DNA of 63,995 bases, counting the filler, from Porpidia crustulata (lineage: Eukaryota), in assembly GCA_964255105.1 (NCBI GenBank). It is 3 parts of 3 records of this genome, joined end to end, with 100 filler letters (N's around TTAATTAATTAA, not from the genome) between each part and the next. Parts side by side here need not be neighbours in the genome. Positions count along the whole stretch, not along the records: positions 43,683 to 63,995 come from CAXUWE010000118.1; 2 more parts are not named here. One strand, given 5' to 3'. Below are positions 62,601 to 63,995 of the stretch, one piece after another. Numbering within the stretch: position 1 is the stretch's first letter; every line of letters begins with the position of its first letter. Under the pieces are notes generated by a model. That model worked only from the letters and a program-made list of their open reading frames with translations, searched no databases and was not told where the DNA came from. The translations under genes were made by a program, and so were the position numbers.

Positions 62601-63713
62601 TCTCAATATCCACCACGTCCGAGCCATTGACACTTACTGGGCTCAGCTACGTTTGCTGTACTCACCGTTTGAAGCCGGTCTTACCGGGCCTGACCCTGAA
62701 GTCTACGAGCACGAGATTCCCGGGGGGCAGTTGACTAATTTGATCTTTCAAGCGTCGCAATTGGGTCTGGGCGCACAGTGGGCAGAGACCAAGAAGGCTT
62801 ACGAACAAGCAAACGATCTGCTGGGCGATATCGTCAAAGTCACACCGACCTCGAAGGTGGTGGGTGACTTGGCTCAATTCATGGTCTCCAACAAACTCGA
62901 CGAAGACGCTGTTCGCGCCAAGGCCAAGGAGCTTGATTTCCCCGGCTCTGTGCTCGAATTCTTCGAGGGTCTCATGGGACAGCCGTACGGAGGGTTCCCG
63001 GAACCGCTGCGATCGGATGCTCTGCGTGGTCGCCGCAAGCTCGACAAGCGGCCCGGCTTGACGCTGGAGCCTTTGGACCTCAAGAAAATCAAGACGGACA
63101 TTAACGAAAAATATGGCAGCGCGTCGGAATGCGACGTTGCCAGCTACGCCATGTACCCGAAAGTGTTTGAGGATTACCGGAAGTTCGTGACCAAATACGG
63201 TGACCTCAGCGTCTTGCCGACGCGGTACTTCCTCGCCCGGCCTGAGGTGGGCGAGGAGTTCCACGTGGAGCTGGAAAAGGGCAAGGTGCTCATTCTCAAG
63301 CTCCTGGCTGTCGGGCCGCTGTCGGAGCAGACGGGCCAGCGCGAGGTCTTTTACGAGATGAACGGCGAAGTTCGATCGCTCTCGGTGGCGGATAACAACG
63401 CCGCGGTGGAGAACGTCAGGCGGCCCAAGGCGGACGGCAGCGATGGCAGCCAGGTCGGAGCACCGATGTCTGGAGTGGTGGTCGAGGTGCGGGTGCACGA
63501 AGGCGGGGAGGTGAAGAAGGGGGATCCCATTGCGGTATTGAGTGCGATGAAGATGGTGAGTGATGTTTGATTGGGGGCAACATTTGCCATGCTAACGATT
63601 GACCGCAGGAAATGGTCATCAGCGCGCCTCACTCCGGCAAGGTCGGATCGTTGCAGGTCAAGGAGGGCGACTCGGTGGACGGGCAGGACTTGGTGTGCAA
63701 GATTGTCAAATGA
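59685..63713 (+). CDS. PYC: Pyruvate carboxylase, 8 exons including several micro-exons
   Basis: Spliced KILVANRGEIPIRIFRTAHEL; IHPGYGFLSEN, RDCSVQRRHQKV, DTTWRDAHQSL, IKDMAG, HVHTHD and biotin-attachment AMKM. Confidence 0.97.
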
Positions 63714-63995
63714 GCGAGGCGGATGAATTGCATGATTGCTGTAAACGATGGTGATGGGTTGACGTGTGGCATGCATATGTTTCCATGATGGTATCTGTAT
63801 AGGTTCGTGTTGTAGATTGGCATTCGAGCATGCTCGAGAGCGCAGAGCTGAGTCGATTCGCTTCTAATCACTAGATATCTCGGAACCAAACAACTTTTTC
63901 GCTACAACCGCAGGTATCTTTGACTGCCACACCTACCTCGCCTACCCAGATAACTCCTTAACTACATTTACACCTCACCACGCCCCCTCCTAACC

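Noticed and set aside
62662..63498. 278-aa antisense ORF within pyruvate carboxylase
   Set aside because: Shadow of GC3-rich sense codons; no recognisable motifs.
63980..63995. CCTAACC at the window end as a telomere repeat
   Set aside because: A single partial unit in C-rich sequence with no tandem array.
1..63995. tRNA, rRNA, CRISPR arrays or intact transposons
   Set aside because: No cloverleaf, rRNA-like block, repeat-spacer array, transposase/RT ORF or terminal repeats were recognised by eye; small RNAs could be missed without a covariance-model search.

Overview
Intron-rich genomic DNA from a filamentous ascomycete (Pezizomycotina), with two 100-nt assembly gaps (21750-21849 and 43583-43682). 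The left ~19 kb is a compact three-gene secondary-metabolite cluster: an RTA1-family lipid exporter, a Zn2Cys6 transcription factor and a divergently transcribed ~3921-aa PKS-NRPS hybrid (KS-AT-DH-psiMT-ER-KR-ACP-C-A-T-R). The hybrid is unusual: its cis ER looks intact, the methyltransferase is a deleted remnant, no trans-ER gene is visible, and the terminal R domain has altered NADPH-binding and catalytic motifs. An accessory zone follows (~19-33 kb): a 355-nt CC/GG-free tract, GFA, a truncated PIG-L/GPI12-like gene, an SDR, a MARVEL-like protein, a PNPOx-FNR fusion, a Kex2-type secreted protein, an MFS transporter, adenylosuccinate synthetase and gene relics. The rest is mostly housekeeping genes: SEC17, an aspartic protease, a RING-H2 protein, a GDP-mannose pyrophosphorylase alpha-type subunit, EAF1, MAK11, eIF2-gamma, clathrin heavy chain and pyruvate carboxylase. 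All exon boundaries were read by eye and no database searches were run.
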